NCBI GenBank assembly: GCA_028023455.1
Contig: JAQFVV010000003.1
Coordinates: 1,116,001 to 1,180,000, forward strand
Reading direction: 5' to 3'
DNA from: Epiperipatus broadwayi
Lineage: Eukaryota > Animalia > Onychophora
DNA: 64,000 nucleotides
The translations under genes were made by a program, and so were the position numbers. Position 1 is the first letter of the stretch. Each line of letters begins with the position of its first letter. Of this stretch, positions 62,803-64,000 are shown piece after piece. The notes below the pieces were generated by a model. The model made no database searches. It worked only from the letters and a program-made list of their open reading frames with translations, and had not been told where the DNA came from.

Positions 62803-62846
62803 ACCAACTGATGAGTGCTGGTTTAGCATGAAATATGTCTATTGGT
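62803..62846 (+). ncRNA. Type I hammerhead ribozyme motif (family B), mismatch in helix III
   Basis: ACCAA CTGATGA GTGCT-GGTTT-AGCAT GAAA TATGTCT A TTGGT; perfect 5-bp helix I. Confidence 0.78.
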
Positions 62847-63787
62847 GATTGTCTTGTGATCAAGTGTATCAGCAGTATCAGATAGCATGGATAATTGAGG
62901 GTCGTGTGAAAGTCTGAGTTCAAAGCCCTATATATTATAACTAAAACCAAAAAATGCTTATATATATTGATTTTTTATTATTATTCCTATTTCTTATTAT
63001 ATTTTTAATTTTTGTTACATTTTTTTTTTTGTTTTATTAGTTTTATAATTTTTTTTGTGCGTGCATGTTTTTAATGAGGATGTTTCTTTTTATTTAGTAC
63101 ATAATTTATTCTTATTATTCCCATTGCTCTTCATAGTTTTTTGATGACTAGAAAAGAAGACTTTTGTAATAACTCACTTCATGGCAAGGGTCCTTCATAA
63201 AGGAATAGTGAAGGAAAAGACAGTACTCATTAATCTTACAATTGCCAGATTGTGAAAGTTTGAGTAGATTTCCATTCTTGTTTTACTCTTTAACTAAGGA
63301 TTATTAGATACCCATTTGCCTGTTGAATATTTAATTAGATAGAGAAAATTCATAATCCTTTTGAAAAGAATGTCATTTAGCATGCATTTGAATCCAGATC
63401 ATAGTCATGAAATGTTGATCCACTATTTATCCAGCAAGAGATCCTTCTAAATAATTTTAAAACGTATAATTTTTACAAACTCTTTCATCATCAGAGCTAC
63501 AATATTTAAATATATATAATCATATAATTAATACTTTTCTATGCATATGCACTTATAAACAATATTCTATGTTATGAATTTTAAAATAATATAATCCCTA
63601 TAATTGTATATCCTTATTCATTTTAATTAATATTTTTATCTTGATTGATTTCCTTTTTATAATTTGTTTTAATATATAATTTTCTACATTTGTATTACTT
63701 TTAAAATTTTTAATAATTTAATTTATTTTTATCATTTTAATAAATAATATTTAAATACAAGTATCTTGTCTTTACTGAACTTAATCT

Positions 63788-64000
63788 AATTAGAAGAGAT
63801 TTGAACTCAGACTTTCAAGCTCCCTATATCTATTCACTCCATTTTATACAACCGACACACATGACCACATGCATGTGAAAAAGACAAATGATCTCCAATA
63901 TACATATTTTGTGTTGAACCAGCACTTATCAATTGGTCCAGATTATCATCTCCCACACACACATATATAATGAAGATTTGCTATTTTAATATAAACAGTA
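63788..64000 (-). mobile_element. Family B copy running off the window edge
   Basis: Minus strand: TCTGGACCAA TTGATAA GTGCT-GGTTC-AACAC AAAA TATGTAT A TTGGA ... TGAAAGTCTGAGTTCAAATC. Confidence 0.8.

Larger units (their letters stand above)
62083..62938 (+). mobile_element. Family B tandem array (~1.7 monomers) with two hammerhead motifs
   Basis: CTGATGA cores at 62322 and 62808 (486-bp period). Internal ~55-bp duplication at ~62186-62295. Confidence 0.9.

Noticed and set aside
1-64000. CRISPR arrays, rRNA genes, functional tRNA genes, prokaryotic operons
   Set aside because: None seen; the sequence is eukaryotic intron and TE DNA, and both tRNA-like sequences have structural lesions.

Overview
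AT-rich animal (probably arthropod) genomic DNA, almost all intronic. The only host coding sequence recognised is one 102-bp exon (6730-6831, +) of a type II PKA regulatory subunit gene. The rest is layered mobile DNA. (i) A young, nearly intact 13.6-kb Ty3/Gypsy element with 3.3-kb LTRs (14092-27687) sits in opposite orientation inside an older solo LTR of its own family (12014-28072); both use ATAT targets. (ii) An old Mag-like Gypsy element (31486-38301, -) carries a hAT MITE. (iii) An 8.3-kb Buster/Charlie-type hAT fossil (46509-54779) carries a deleted LTR element. (iv) Several RTE LINE fossils and two tRNA-Gly retrocopies are present. The main unannotated signal is a set of short non-coding repeat families carrying minimal type I hammerhead ribozyme motifs with palindromic helix III: family B (~485-bp tandem monomer, 6 motif copies), family A (4 copies) and a weaker family C. 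Several of these insertions have an inverted terminal segment and a 12-14-bp TSD, as expected for retrozyme-like or Penelope-dependent elements. All alignments and folds were done by eye. Coordinates without a stated TSD or terminal motif are approximate.
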